A stretch of 64,000 nucleotides of DNA from an uncultured Aliarcobacter sp. (lineage in GTDB: Bacteria; Campylobacterota; Campylobacteria; Campylobacterales; Arcobacteraceae): positions 2,784,001 to 2,848,000 of the forward strand of contig OY781945.1 in the NCBI GenBank assembly GCA_963677435.1. Reading direction: 5' to 3'. A program made the translations under genes and the position numbers. Positions 49,660 to 60,388 of this stretch are shown here, one piece after another. Numbering within the stretch: position 1 is the first letter of the stretch; each line of letters starts with the position of its first letter. Below the pieces are notes generated by a model that did no database searches, was not told the origin of the DNA, and was given only the letters and a program-made list of their open reading frames with translations.

Positions 49660-49840
49660 TGGTATCGATTTGTATTTTGAGGATTAGATTTATTGATTGA
49701 TGAGCGTTAAGAAATTGCAACTGTTTGAGCGACAGCGAGTTTTGCAATTTTAGCGAAGATTGAAATCAATCCCTAAAATGCAACTTTCGATACGCTTTTC
49801 TTTTTGCTTACTTTTTCTTTACTAAAAAGAAAAAGTAAGA
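49660..49840 (+). repeat. Structured non-coding element, copy 2 (inverted relative to copy 1)
   Basis: Stems 49662-68/49787-93, 49670-85/49768-83 and 49712-20/49742-50; terminal hairpin 49807-49839. Confidence 0.75.
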
Positions 49841-49904
49841 AGCATCACAACAAACAAATCCAATAGCCCAAAACAAAAACTAATATAAAATTAAAACCAT
49901 AAAA

Positions 49905-49934
49905 AAAGGAGAAAGTCAAAAACTCTCTCCTTTT
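49905..49934 (-). terminator. Terminator downstream of secF
   Basis: AAAAGGAGAAAGT-CAAA-ACTCTCTCCTTTT, with a U-tract on the minus strand. Confidence 0.7.
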
Positions 49935-49966
49935 GAAAAACATAATTTGTTAAAACTACCTATTTA

Positions 49967-50935
49967 TCAAACTGTACCTTGCTCATACATAGCTCTATTT
50001 CTAGCTTTTTCTTTAGCAATTTTTAATTTCTCAGCCTCTTTAGCTTTAAAATCTTCAATTGAGAATTTTAATTGAACTAAGAAACTTGATGCTACGAAAA
50101 TTGATGAATATGTTCCTACAATAACCCCAACAAATAGTGTAAATGAGAATCCGTAAATAATCTCTCCACCAAAAAGCAATAAAGTTAAAACAACGAATAA
50201 CACTGTTAAAGATGTAAGTGTTGTTCTTGATAAAGTTTTAGTAACTGAAACATTTATAACATTTTCTAAAAGAGTATCTTTTGTAGATTGTAAGTTCTCT
50301 CTAATTCTATCAAATACAATAATCGTATCATTAATTGAATATCCAAGAAGTGTTAAAATTGCAGCTAAAATATCTAAATTAACTTCAACATTAAATAAAC
50401 TAACAGCTCCCATAGCAATTGTAGCATCATGAAGTAAGGCTAAAATAGAAGCTACAGCAAATCTCCATTCAAATCGGTAAGAAACATAAATTAACATTGC
50501 AACTAATGAAAAGAACAAAGCTTTTAAACCTTTTTCTCTTAATTCGCCACCAACTTTTGGTCCTACCATGTCAACTCTTCTAATCTCAAACTTTCCAGTT
50601 GGAGCTAGAATTACATTCATTTCATCACCAATATCATTTGCTAAATTTGAAGTACTTCCTGTAATTCTAATAACAACCTCATTTGGAGTTCCAAATTCAC
50701 TGATTACAGCATTTGAATATTTTGTCTCTTTTAAAAGATCTCTTAATTGGTCAATTGGTGCTGCTTTTTCATATTTAACTTGAACAATAGTTCCACCAGC
50801 AAAATCAATACCAAAGTTTAAACCTTTTGTTAAAAGTAAAATAATTGATGCAATAACAAGAATAGAAGAAAAACCTAAAAAGGCAACTCTTTTACCCATT
50901 AAATTGTAAATTTTTTCTGTTTTAAAAATTTCCAT
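49967..50935 (-). CDS. secF: Protein translocase subunit SecF
   Basis: GIDFAGG, VGPKVG, GYSINDTIIVFDRIRE. Confidence 0.97.
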   Translation of the reverse strand: MEIFKTEKIYNLMGKRVAFLGFSSILVIASIILLLTKGLNFGIDFAGGTIVQVKYEKAAPIDQLRDLLKETKYSNAVISEFGTPNEVVIRITGSTSNLANDIGDEMNVILAPTGKFEIRRVDMVGPKVGGELREKGLKALFFSLVAMLIYVSYRFEWRFAVASILALLHDATIAMGAVSLFNVEVNLDILAAILTLLGYSINDTIIVFDRIRENLQSTKDTLLENVINVSVTKTLSRTTLTSLTVLFVVLTLLLFGGEIIYGFSFTLFVGVIVGTYSSIFVASSFLVQLKFSIEDFKAKEAEKLKIAKEKARNRAMYEQGTV

Positions 50936-52500
50936 TAATTAACTCCAAACCATTTTTTTAGATTTTTATCTCTAGTTATTTTAGGTAATAATGCTTCGTA
51001 CATTCCATGAGTTCCTAAAATTGCTGTTAACATTGAAGTTAAAATACCAATTGAAATAGTAATTGCAAACCCTTTTATTGGTCCTGTACCATAAGCATAT
51101 AAAATCATTGCTGCAAGTAAAGTCGTGATATTTGAATCTACAATAGCTCTCATTGCATTTGAGTACCCATCTTCTAAAGCTTTTGCTACAGATGCACCCT
51201 CATGTAATACTTCTCTAATTCTTTCAGTGATAATAACATTTGAATCAACTGCCATACCAATTGTAAGTACGATTCCAGCCATTCCAGGAAGTGTTAATGT
51301 TGCCCCAAACATTGCCATTACAGCAATAATAATAAATACATTTGCAATAAGTGCAACATTTGCAACTATTCCAGCTCGTCTGTAATAAATAATCATGAAT
51401 ACAAATACCAATGCAAAACCAGAAATTAAAGCAATTGAAGAAGCTTTTATTGAATCAGCCCCTAAAGATGGTCCAACACTTCTTTTTTCAAGTAATGTTA
51501 CAGTTGCAGGTAAAGCACCACTTCTTAAAGCAATTGCCACATTTCCAGCTTCTTGAACAGTAAATCCACCTGAAATTTGTCCACTTCCACCACCAATTCT
51601 TTCTCTGATATTTGGTGCTGAATAAACTTTCCCATCTAAAACTACAGCTAATCTTTTACCAATATTTTTTGATGTAAAGTCACCAAAAATTCTAGCACCA
51701 GTTGAATTTAGTGTAAAATTAATAATTGCTTGATTCCCTTGGTCAAAAGCAACTTGAGCATCTATTACTTGAGATCCATTTAAAATTGGAATTTCTCTTA
51801 CAAGATATTTGATTTTAGGATTTTTTGTATCTTCTAAAATAACATCACCATAAGCAGCAGCTTGTGAAGAAGTCATAGTATATACTTGGTCATTTTTATC
51901 TTCATTAACTGCCATCAATTCAAGATTTGCAGGTTTTGAAATAAGTTCACGAGCAGCTTTTTCATCTTCTGCTGTTTTAATTCCAGGAAGTTCTACAACG
52001 ATATCTGTATCACCTTGTCTTAAAACAGAAGGTTCTGATAAACCAAATTGATCAAGTCTATTTCTAATAGTCTCAACTGCTTGAACAACTGCCAAATCTT
52101 TTGTTTTAGCAATATCCTCAGGCGTTAATTTTAATGTATATTTTAAGTCATCTCTTGAAATCGCTAAACCTTTTATTTTGTTTAACATTTCATCCATTTT
52201 TGAAACTTCATCTTTATCAAGTAATGTAAAAACTACACTATCAGAATCAATTGAAAGCCCATCAATTAATAACTCTTCATCATCTGAAAAATATTTTACT
52301 GAAGTTGCAATTGTTTTGATTTTTGAAGTTACTGCTTCTTGTGTATTAACACCTAAAAGCATGTGTAATCCACCTTGTAGATCAAGTCCAAGGGATATTT
52401 TTTTTCCTGTATCTGTTTGTAATAAAGATGGGATTGAGAAAACAATACCAAATACAATACTTAATACAAAAATTATAAGTCTATAATTAAAGATTTTCAA
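50935..52500 (-). CDS. secD: Protein translocase subunit SecD
   Basis: LGLDLQGG, LRSGALP, VGPSLG, GMAVDSNV. Confidence 0.97.
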   Translation of the reverse strand: MKIFNYRLIIFVLSIVFGIVFSIPSLLQTDTGKKISLGLDLQGGLHMLLGVNTQEAVTSKIKTIATSVKYFSDDEELLIDGLSIDSDSVVFTLLDKDEVSKMDEMLNKIKGLAISRDDLKYTLKLTPEDIAKTKDLAVVQAVETIRNRLDQFGLSEPSVLRQGDTDIVVELPGIKTAEDEKAARELISKPANLELMAVNEDKNDQVYTMTSSQAAAYGDVILEDTKNPKIKYLVREIPILNGSQVIDAQVAFDQGNQAIINFTLNSTGARIFGDFTSKNIGKRLAVVLDGKVYSAPNIRERIGGGSGQISGGFTVQEAGNVAIALRSGALPATVTLLEKRSVGPSLGADSIKASSIALISGFALVFVFMIIYYRRAGIVANVALIANVFIIIAVMAMFGATLTLPGMAGIVLTIGMAVDSNVIITERIREVLHEGASVAKALEDGYSNAMRAIVDSNITTLLAAMILYAYGTGPIKGFAITISIGILTSMLTAILGTHGMYEALLPKITRDKNLKKWFGVN

Positions 52501-52579
52501 TTCTTTTTCCTTAAATTAGGTATGAAATTTGAAGTTATAAGATATGTAAAATTTACATATCTTAAAATTTTGAAAAATA

Positions 52580-52849
52580 TTAGTCCTCTAAAAGCTTAGC
52601 AACAAACTCTTTCATTAGTTTCATTTCAGTGTTATCACTGTTTTTTACTACAAAATGAGTCTCTTCAACTTTTGCAACCTCTACTATTAAGCCACCATTT
52701 GTTACAATTTTGTCACCTTTTTTCAAATTAGCAACCATATCTTTGTGAGCTTTCGCTTGTTTTTGTTGTGGTCTGATAATCAAAAAGTAAAAAATTGCAA
52801 ATAATGCAACTAGAGGCAGCAATGAGCTTATTAAATCTGTATTCATCAA
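52580..52849 (-). CDS. yajC: Preprotein translocase subunit YajC
   Basis: FYFLIIRPQQKQ, LKKGDKIVTNGG. Confidence 0.95.
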   Translation of the reverse strand: MMNTDLISSLLPLVALFAIFYFLIIRPQQKQAKAHKDMVANLKKGDKIVTNGGLIVEVAKVEETHFVVKNSDNTEMKLMKEFVAKLLED

Positions 52850-52874
52850 ATTTCCTTTTAAAAAGTAGTTTATT

Positions 52875-54107
52875 ATGTTTTTTCTAAAACGCGATTATTC
52901 TAACAAAAACTTCATAATAAAAGGCTTCATCAGCTCTATTTTATTAAGTTCTTTCATATATTTGAGTTATTTTAATATTGAATTTAAAATTTTAAATACA
53001 ATTTTAGGACTCTTGGCTTTATATTTTTTATTAATTATTCCTAAAAAAGCACTATTAATAAGTGGTTTTTTTACTGGAGTTTTATGGTGTTGGTGGATGG
53101 CAGTTAGCCTTCAATATTATGATTTAGTTTATTTAACACCTGTTATTCTAATCTTTATAGGTATTGTTTATGCAATAATTTTTTATCTTTTTGCTTTTTT
53201 TGATAGATTAACTTTTAGAATTTTAACAATTTTTGCATTTACTTTTTTTGCACCATTTGGTTTTAATTGGATGAAGTTTGAACTTTTATTTGTTGATTCA
53301 TATATTGGTATTAGTAAACTTGATTTTTTTCTTGTATTAGTAACTTTTTATTTTATAATAAAACTAAAAAGATTTAAAGTATTAGCAATTATTCCTCTTT
53401 TATTTACTTTAAATCTACCAAAAGGTGAATATATTCAAAATCCAATTGCAAAAATCTACATGCCACAAATGAATGTAGATCAAAATTTAAGATGGGATAA
53501 AAAGTATAAATCAACATTAGATGAACAAAACTTTGAACAAATAAATAACGGTATAGACTTACAAAAAGATTTAGTTGTTTTACCTGAAACTGCATTTACA
53601 ACTGTTTTAAATAGAAACGAAGTTCTACTTGAAAAACTAAAAGAATTATCATATAAAATCGATATTATAACTGGTGCTTTATATGTTGAAGATAGTCAAA
53701 TATATAATGCTTCTTACCATTTTAGTAAAGGAGAAGTTGAAATAGCTAAGAAAGTAGTTCTAGTTCCTTTTGGAGAAGAGATTCCTTTTCCTAAGTTTCT
53801 TGTTGATTTTATAAATAAAATTTTTTATAATGGAGCGCAAGATTACTCAAAAGCTAGTGCGCCAACTGATTTTACAATCAAAGGTGAGAAATTTAGAAAT
53901 GCAATTTGTTACGAAGCAACTACAGATAAGATATTTGAAAACTTAGGTGATACAAAATATATGATTGTTATTTCAAATAATGCTTGGTTTACACCTTCAA
54001 TTGAGCCGACTTTACAAGATATTCTTTTAAAGTATTACTCAAGAAAATATAATATAAATATCTTCCATGTTGTAAATGGAACTGATAATAAGATTTATCG
54101 ACCATAA
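52875..54107 (+). CDS. lnt: Apolipoprotein N-acyltransferase
   Basis: Nitrilase triad: LPETA, KVVLVPFGE, ICYE; SNNAWF. Confidence 0.93.
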   Translation: MFFLKRDYSNKNFIIKGFISSILLSSFIYLSYFNIEFKILNTILGLLALYFLLIIPKKALLISGFFTGVLWCWWMAVSLQYYDLVYLTPVILIFIGIVYAIIFYLFAFFDRLTFRILTIFAFTFFAPFGFNWMKFELLFVDSYIGISKLDFFLVLVTFYFIIKLKRFKVLAIIPLLFTLNLPKGEYIQNPIAKIYMPQMNVDQNLRWDKKYKSTLDEQNFEQINNGIDLQKDLVVLPETAFTTVLNRNEVLLEKLKELSYKIDIITGALYVEDSQIYNASYHFSKGEVEIAKKVVLVPFGEEIPFPKFLVDFINKIFYNGAQDYSKASAPTDFTIKGEKFRNAICYEATTDKIFENLGDTKYMIVISNNAWFTPSIEPTLQDILLKYYSRKYNINIFHVVNGTDNKIYRP

Positions 54108-54116
54108 ATACTAGAG

Positions 54117-55928
54117 TTAAAAATAGTAAGAAATTCCTATTTTAACTCTTTTTTTATCTTTTTCATACAAATCATCATTTATATATTTTACATTTAATGC
54201 AGAATTTTGTTCTAATTTATAAGTTAAGAATAGTTCAATTTGATTATTTTCTAAGTCTTTATTATATTTATCATAAGAGTAAGCTGCTCCTAGTTTAAAA
54301 TCTTCAAATCTATTTGTAATGAAACCTAAAGTTGAACCAGCTGAATATAATTGGTCACTATCTTTATAATAAATATTTGAACCAATCATTATATAAACAA
54401 AATCTTTTTCATCTCCAAAAGTAAGCCCTGTTTCTGGTTTAATTTTTAAGTAATCACTTTTGTCTTTAAAATGTTCATATCCTAAATCAATTCCCCATGA
54501 TATTGGCTTAAAGAACATATCTTGAGGTGCTAATGATTTTATTTTTAGTAAAGTAAATTTATCTAGTTTTATCTTTTCATCTTTTTCTTTTTTTATACCT
54601 AAATCAAAAAAATCAATATACGCTCCAGATAAATAACCATCACTAATATCATAAATATCGTTGTAAACTGGTTTAGCACTTAACTCAAAACTATCACTTG
54701 AATCATAAAACATAGAAACTCTTGCAGAATCGTGAGAATATAATGGATCAAAAGGAGTTTTAATATCATAATTTGAAGCACTATTATAAGCACTTCTTTG
54801 TTTTAATAATTTTAAATATTTACTTAAATACTCTTTTTTATCATAATCATTATTTGCTCTTTGATATTGTAAATAAGAGATTTTAAAATCCAAATAAGAG
54901 ATTTTATCTTCTTGGCTTAGGTTTTCATTTAAGAGTTCATCTTTATTTACAAAACCTTTTAGATACTCTTTATTTTGTATTTTTTCATTTAAAATATTTT
55001 TCATCTTTTTCATACTTGAATAACGATAATTTGATGATTTTATTAGATTATATGGTTTTAAAATTTTTATAGAATCTAAAGGAACTGTTTTAAAAGTAAA
55101 ATGACTAACTAAATCTAAGTCATCTCTTGCAACTTCTAATAACCATAAAATATTGTAAGAGCAATTCTCTTTAAAAAAGAAATAATCAGAATATGAATCT
55201 TTTAATTCGTAAGCGTGTAAAACTAATCTATTTACTTCTTCTTGATTTAAATTTAAATCATACTCCCAAATATCCCTTTGCTCTAAATTATTGTACTCTT
55301 TTATTTTTTCATAATATGGCAAAATTGAATATCTTCCCTCATACTTTCCAAACAAACCTTTATAAGCAAAAATCAATCCATTTGTGTCATCAGTTTTAGC
55401 AGCATAATTAACTGCATTTGAGATTAAAGGTGTATCATCATTTGATGAAACTCTTAAAAAAGTATGTCCGTACATTGAAGCGGGAGAATTTATATGAGCT
55501 GTTGGGAAAACCATTGTTACATGTTTTGCATTCATAGCCTTTATGTATTCATCTAATTTAGGGCAAGAGTAAGAGATTATATTTTTTTCAAGTTGGGGAA
55601 TATTCTCTTTTAACCAACTAACTCTTAATGGAAATCTGCATATTACATCATCTTTGCCACTTTCTAAAGAGTTTATAGTTTCAAATAACTCTTTTTTTAA
55701 ATCAGTTTTTCCATCTTTTGATATAAAAAAGTTATTTGAATCTACTTCACTTTCTCCACTTCTATAATGAAGAAGTTTTGCCCAATAGGGATTTTTATAA
55801 AGTTTTGTTTGTTCAATAAAAGAGTTTGTAGATGAAGATGCGAAACAAGAAGTGAAAAATAGAAAAGTAAGTAAAAAATACTTACTTTTTCTATTAAAAA
55901 AATTACATATATTTAGCAATTGAATCAA
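54117..55928 (-). CDS. DUF4105 (Lnb N-terminal-like) domain protein with beta-barrel-like C-terminus
   Basis: CRFPLR, SPASMYGHTFLR, EQRDIWEY.L, YFFFKENCSY; ends KIGISYYF. Start uncertain. Confidence 0.8.
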   Translation of the reverse strand: MIQLLNICNFFNRKSKYFLLTFLFFTSCFASSSTNSFIEQTKLYKNPYWAKLLHYRSGESEVDSNNFFISKDGKTDLKKELFETINSLESGKDDVICRFPLRVSWLKENIPQLEKNIISYSCPKLDEYIKAMNAKHVTMVFPTAHINSPASMYGHTFLRVSSNDDTPLISNAVNYAAKTDDTNGLIFAYKGLFGKYEGRYSILPYYEKIKEYNNLEQRDIWEYDLNLNQEEVNRLVLHAYELKDSYSDYFFFKENCSYNILWLLEVARDDLDLVSHFTFKTVPLDSIKILKPYNLIKSSNYRYSSMKKMKNILNEKIQNKEYLKGFVNKDELLNENLSQEDKISYLDFKISYLQYQRANNDYDKKEYLSKYLKLLKQRSAYNSASNYDIKTPFDPLYSHDSARVSMFYDSSDSFELSAKPVYNDIYDISDGYLSGAYIDFFDLGIKKEKDEKIKLDKFTLLKIKSLAPQDMFFKPISWGIDLGYEHFKDKSDYLKIKPETGLTFGDEKDFVYIMIGSNIYYKDSDQLYSAGSTLGFITNRFEDFKLGAAYSYDKYNKDLENNQIELFLTYKLEQNSALNVKYINDDLYEKDKKRVKIGISYYF

Positions 55929-56340
55929 TAACAGTAGCAGAAGTTACATTTTCACTTGAATAAATACTAGTGAAATTTGCTTGTAATTTTGAAGAGAATG
56001 CAGCGTTGTCTTCAACATTCATAAGTTTTGCAACAGTAGCCAATGTTTCTCCATGACCTGCTGAAATATCTAATGCTAATTCATCCATATTTTCAGCAAC
56101 AAATCTATTTAATTTGTCATTAGATACATAACTATTTGGTTTAGAACAGTTTGATGTTCCACTTGTAATTCCAAAAGTTTGACTTCCTGAAGTTCCGTTT
56201 GTTGTTGCAGCTAATACTTGTAAAGCTACCGTATTTTGTTTTTTAATTACAATTGAACCTAATCCACAACCTGTGTTGTCATTTGCATAGATTGATGTTG
56301 TTAGTCCAAGAACAGCAACTAAACTTAAAAATTTTTTCAT
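55903..56340 (-). CDS. DUF3015 family protein
   Basis: GCGLGS, ATTNGTSGSQTFGITSGTSNC, DISAGHGE. Confidence 0.88.
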   Translation of the reverse strand: MKKFLSLVAVLGLTTSIYANDNTGCGLGSIVIKKQNTVALQVLAATTNGTSGSQTFGITSGTSNCSKPNSYVSNDKLNRFVAENMDELALDISAGHGETLATVAKLMNVEDNAAFSSKLQANFTSIYSSENVTSATVIDSIAKYM

Positions 56341-56420
56341 GTTTTCTCCTTAAAAGTTTGATTTATTCTATTGTATTTTTTTTAAAAATCACTTAAAAAA
56401 TAACAAAAAAATAATTTATT

Positions 56421-57818
56421 TTAATATTTTTCTTTTATTCTATCAATAAGTAACTCTTTTTCTAGGTTTTCATCTAACTGTAAATCAAAAGCAAATTCTA
56501 AAATCTCTTTAAACTCTTTTGAAGGTTTAAAGCCTAAAGCTATTAAATCTCTTCCTTGGATCAATGGTTCTATTGCCTTATTTTCTATATTTAACTCTTT
56601 TGCTTTTTCTAAAAGCCAAGAAGTTGCCTTTGGACATTTATCTTTATCTAAAATAGTTCTTCCTAAACAATCGGCCAAACAAACTAAACATAAATCTTCA
56701 ATATTTACTTTTAATGATAATCTTTTGATAGCTTTTAAAGATGATTCTGCCAAATATAGTTGAAAAGGTGCTAAATGATTTTTCACTAAAGTACAAACTA
56801 TTTCTATAAATTTTTTTTCATTTGTGAGTTTTGATAAAAAAGAGATTGTTGGCTCTATTCCTAAAGATTCATGTTTATGTGAAGTTATTTTTCCATTAAT
56901 CTCTTGGGTACAAAAAGGTTTTCCAAAATCATGGCAAAGAATTCCGTAAAATAGGTATAGTTTTCTATATTCATCTTCTATATTTTCTTCTTTTAAAATT
57001 CTAGCCATTTCATCAATACACATCATCGTATGAATCCAAACATCACCTTCTGGATGATACTCTTTATCTTGAATACAATTTATCAAAACTTCTAATTCAG
57101 AAAAATATTTTAAAATGCCTAACTCTCTCATTAGTTCAAAAGCAATTGATGGTTTTGATGATTTTAAAAAGAGTTTTTTAAACTCTTCATAAATTCTCTC
57201 TTTTGGTAAATACTCTAACTCATTACTTAAAACTATTTGTTTGCAAAGCTCTTTTGTTTTCTCTTCTAGTTTAAAATTAAATCTACTAGCAAAACCAACA
57301 GCTCTATAAACGCGTAAACTATCTTCAATAAAAGTCTTATCGTTTATATGTTTTATAGTTTTATTTTTTAAATCTTTTATTCCATCAAAGGGGTCTAAAA
57401 ACTCTTTTTGTGAAAAATCGTATCCTATTGCATTTATAGTAAAATCTCTTCTTAAAGCTGCCTCTTTGAAGCTTAGTTTGGCATTTGTTGTTATTTCAAA
57501 GTCTTGGTGAGTATTCCCAACTTTTTTTTCAGTTCGAGGAAGTGCAAAATCAAAATCATATTCATCAACGCTAAGAGTTAATACTCCAAATGATTTTCCA
57601 ACTAATTTAACAGAACCATATTTTTGTAGGCATTTTTCAATTGTTTCAAAGCAGTCTATTCCAAAGATTTCTACATCATAATCTTTTACAGGAATATTTA
57701 AAAAGTGATCTCTTACACTTCCACCTACTAAAATTGGAGTAGAGCCAATTTTTTGTAGGTCAGTTAAAATCTCTTCTAAAATAGAAGGTAGATTAAATTT
57801 TGTTATAGTGGTGTACAT
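56421..57818 (-). CDS. cca: CCA tRNA nucleotidyltransferase with HD domain
   Basis: VGGSVRD, DYDVE, RRDFTINA, EDSLRVYR, HPEGDVWIHT, CHDFGK; start placed at ATG 57818. Confidence 0.9.
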   Translation of the reverse strand: MYTTITKFNLPSILEEILTDLQKIGSTPILVGGSVRDHFLNIPVKDYDVEIFGIDCFETIEKCLQKYGSVKLVGKSFGVLTLSVDEYDFDFALPRTEKKVGNTHQDFEITTNAKLSFKEAALRRDFTINAIGYDFSQKEFLDPFDGIKDLKNKTIKHINDKTFIEDSLRVYRAVGFASRFNFKLEEKTKELCKQIVLSNELEYLPKERIYEEFKKLFLKSSKPSIAFELMRELGILKYFSELEVLINCIQDKEYHPEGDVWIHTMMCIDEMARILKEENIEDEYRKLYLFYGILCHDFGKPFCTQEINGKITSHKHESLGIEPTISFLSKLTNEKKFIEIVCTLVKNHLAPFQLYLAESSLKAIKRLSLKVNIEDLCLVCLADCLGRTILDKDKCPKATSWLLEKAKELNIENKAIEPLIQGRDLIALGFKPSKEFKEILEFAFDLQLDENLEKELLIDRIKEKY

Positions 57819-58653
57819 CTTGTTGAGGATATGGAATTGAAATACCCTCTTTATCAAATGTAGTTTTTATTGATTCAGTTAAAGCAAATTTCACATCCCA
57901 ATAATCAGGTGTTTTAACCCAAGCTCTAACTACAAAATTTACCGATGAATCTGCAAGTTCACCTACAGATACAGTAATACCTTTTTCAACTAAAACTTTT
58001 TCATTTGATTTAATAATTGAATTTAAAACATCTTTTGCTTTTTTAATATCATCCCCATAACCAATACCAACAATTAAATCAACTCTTCTTGTATCAAAAG
58101 CATTTACATTTGTGATTGTTCCACTTGTAATTGCTCCATTTGGAACAATAATTTTTTGATTATCACCTGTTATAAAAACAGAATTAAAAATGCCAACTTC
58201 ACTCACAGTTCCAGTAACGCCAGCAGCTGTAACAAAATCCCCTACTTTTAAAGGTTTGAATAAAATAATCATAACACCTGAAGCAAAATTTCCTAAAGAG
58301 TCTTTTAAAGCTAAACCAATAGCAAGACCAGCTGCTCCAAGAATTGCTAAAAATGAAGTTGTTTCAACTCCTAGTTTTCCTAAAGATGTTAAAAGAACAA
58401 CAATCATTAAAGCGTAATAAACGATATTCTCTAAAAATTTAATTAGAGTTTCATCCATTCCTTTTACTTTTCTTAAAACTTTTCCAAATAGTTCAACTAT
58501 TTTATTAACAGCCCATTTTCCAATAACAAAAATTAATAAAGCCATTAATAATGAAAAAGTATAACTGCTAATAATTTCAACAATATTATCTGGAATATAT
58601 GATGTTATACTTTTTGTTATTCCATCTATATTTTTTTCTAACTCTTTTTCCAA
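57793..58653 (-). CDS. mscS: Small-conductance mechanosensitive channel
   Basis: GAAGLAIGLAL, NFASG, IIVPN, GISIPYPQ. Confidence 0.93.
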   Translation of the reverse strand: MEKELEKNIDGITKSITSYIPDNIVEIISSYTFSLLMALLIFVIGKWAVNKIVELFGKVLRKVKGMDETLIKFLENIVYYALMIVVLLTSLGKLGVETTSFLAILGAAGLAIGLALKDSLGNFASGVMIILFKPLKVGDFVTAAGVTGTVSEVGIFNSVFITGDNQKIIVPNGAITSGTITNVNAFDTRRVDLIVGIGYGDDIKKAKDVLNSIIKSNEKVLVEKGITVSVGELADSSVNFVVRAWVKTPDYWDVKFALTESIKTTFDKEGISIPYPQQDVHHYNKI

Positions 58654-58668
58654 ATTTTCTCCTATTAT

Positions 58669-60372
58669 TTAATTAATTAATTCAATTATTCTAGAAACTA
58701 CATCTTCAATTTTTACATCTGTTTTTTCTAAAGTTTTTCTATCAACGATTTCTACAAATCCATCTGGCAATTTTTTACCAATTACAACAGCATAAGGAAA
58801 ACCAATTAATTCAAAGTCTCCCATTTTAAAACCAAATCTAGCATTTATTCTATCATCTAAAAGTACTTGAACTCCAGCTGCTTTTAAATCTTCATAGATT
58901 TTTTCACCAGCACTTGCTTCTTCTTCTTTTTTAGAGTTTGAAACAATAATGTCAACCATAAAAGGTGTTGTCTCTTTTGTCCATAGACAACCTTTTTCAT
59001 CATGGTTTTGCTCAATTACAGCTGCTACTAATCTTGAAACTCCAATTCCATAACATCCCATAACAAAAGGTTTTGCTTTTCCATTTTCATCTAAAAAGTT
59101 TGCATTCATAGCTTGTGAATATTTTGTTCCTAATTGGAAAATATGCCCTGCTTCAATCCCTTTTGTATAAGATAATTTTCCACCACAACAAGCACAAATA
59201 TCTCCCTCTTGAACAGCAACTAAATCCGCATAATTTAATTCTAAAACAGTTAAATCAACACCTTTTAAATGGTAATTTTCTTCATTTGCTCCACAAACTA
59301 AATGGTTTTCTCCTTGTAGTTCATTATCAACTACAACTTTTACATTTTTAGGTAAATCAATAATTCCACAATATCCAGCAACTAAACCAGCATCTTTTAA
59401 ATCATCTTCATTAGCATCAGCTAATTCTAAAGCAGCAACTGAATTACAAGCTTTAGTCTCTTCTAATTCATCACAACCTCTTACAAAGAAAACAACTATT
59501 TGTGTTTTATCTTCATAAACAGCTTTTTTGATTACAGCTTTAATTGAATAATATGAATCAGCATTTAAAAAAGTACTAACTTCGTCTATTGTTTTGCAAT
59601 TTGGAGTTTCGATTTTTTCAATATTAATTGTTTCTAATTTCTCTTTTGTTACAGCTTTTCTAGTTGCTGCTTCAATATTAGCTCCATAATCACAAGAATC
59701 ACATACAACAATTGTATCTTCTCCTGAATCGGCTATTACATGGAATTCTTTAGAACCACTTCCACCAATTGCACCACTATCAGCAGCAACAACTCTAAAA
59801 TTTAAACCAAGTCTTGTATAAACTTTTTTATAAGTCTCTTCCATAAGATTAAATTCTCTTACTAAATCTTCAGGGGAAGAGTGGAAAGAGTATCCATCTT
59901 TCATTAAGAATTCTCTACCTCTCATAAGACCAAATCTAGGTCTTGCTTCATCTCTAAATTTTGTATTTATTTGATAAAGATGAATTGGTAAATCTTTATA
60001 TGAAGTGATTCTATTTTTTACCATATTTACAACAGCTTCTTCATTTGTAGGAGATAAAACAAAATTTGTATTTTTTCTATCTTTAAATCTTAAAAGCTCA
60101 TTTCCCATTGTATTTGCTCGTCCTGATTCTTCCCAAAGAGATAAAGGAGTTACAAAACCAAATTGAACTTCATTTGCTCCTGCTTTGTCCATTTCATCTT
60201 TTACAACAGCTCTGATTTTATCTAAAACAATTTTTCCCATAGGCATAAAATCATAAATTCCAGCTCCTGTTTGAGCAATAAATCCAGCTCTTAATAAAAA
60301 TTGATGTGATGGCAATGTCGCATCATTTGGTGTTTCTTTAGTTGTTGGGATAAACATTTTACTAAATTTCAT
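58669..60372 (-). CDS. proS: Proline--tRNA ligase
   Basis: [39 protein letters not shown]. Confidence 0.98.
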   Translation of the reverse strand: MKFSKMFIPTTKETPNDATLPSHQFLLRAGFIAQTGAGIYDFMPMGKIVLDKIRAVVKDEMDKAGANEVQFGFVTPLSLWEESGRANTMGNELLRFKDRKNTNFVLSPTNEEAVVNMVKNRITSYKDLPIHLYQINTKFRDEARPRFGLMRGREFLMKDGYSFHSSPEDLVREFNLMEETYKKVYTRLGLNFRVVAADSGAIGGSGSKEFHVIADSGEDTIVVCDSCDYGANIEAATRKAVTKEKLETINIEKIETPNCKTIDEVSTFLNADSYYSIKAVIKKAVYEDKTQIVVFFVRGCDELEETKACNSVAALELADANEDDLKDAGLVAGYCGIIDLPKNVKVVVDNELQGENHLVCGANEENYHLKGVDLTVLELNYADLVAVQEGDICACCGGKLSYTKGIEAGHIFQLGTKYSQAMNANFLDENGKAKPFVMGCYGIGVSRLVAAVIEQNHDEKGCLWTKETTPFMVDIIVSNSKKEEEASAGEKIYEDLKAAGVQVLLDDRINARFGFKMGDFELIGFPYAVVIGKKLPDGFVEIVDRKTLEKTDVKIEDVVSRIIELIN

Positions 60373-60388
60373 TGATTATTTTCCTATT

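Noticed and set aside
49303..49747. Track ORFs 49303-49569 and 49517-49747
   Set aside because: They run through the structured repeat pair and have no protein features; a non-coding explanation fits better.
49712..49750. Hammerhead ribozyme in the CTGTTTGA-stem-GAGT core
   Set aside because: Lacks the CUGANGA/GAAA core and the third helix; only a superficial resemblance.
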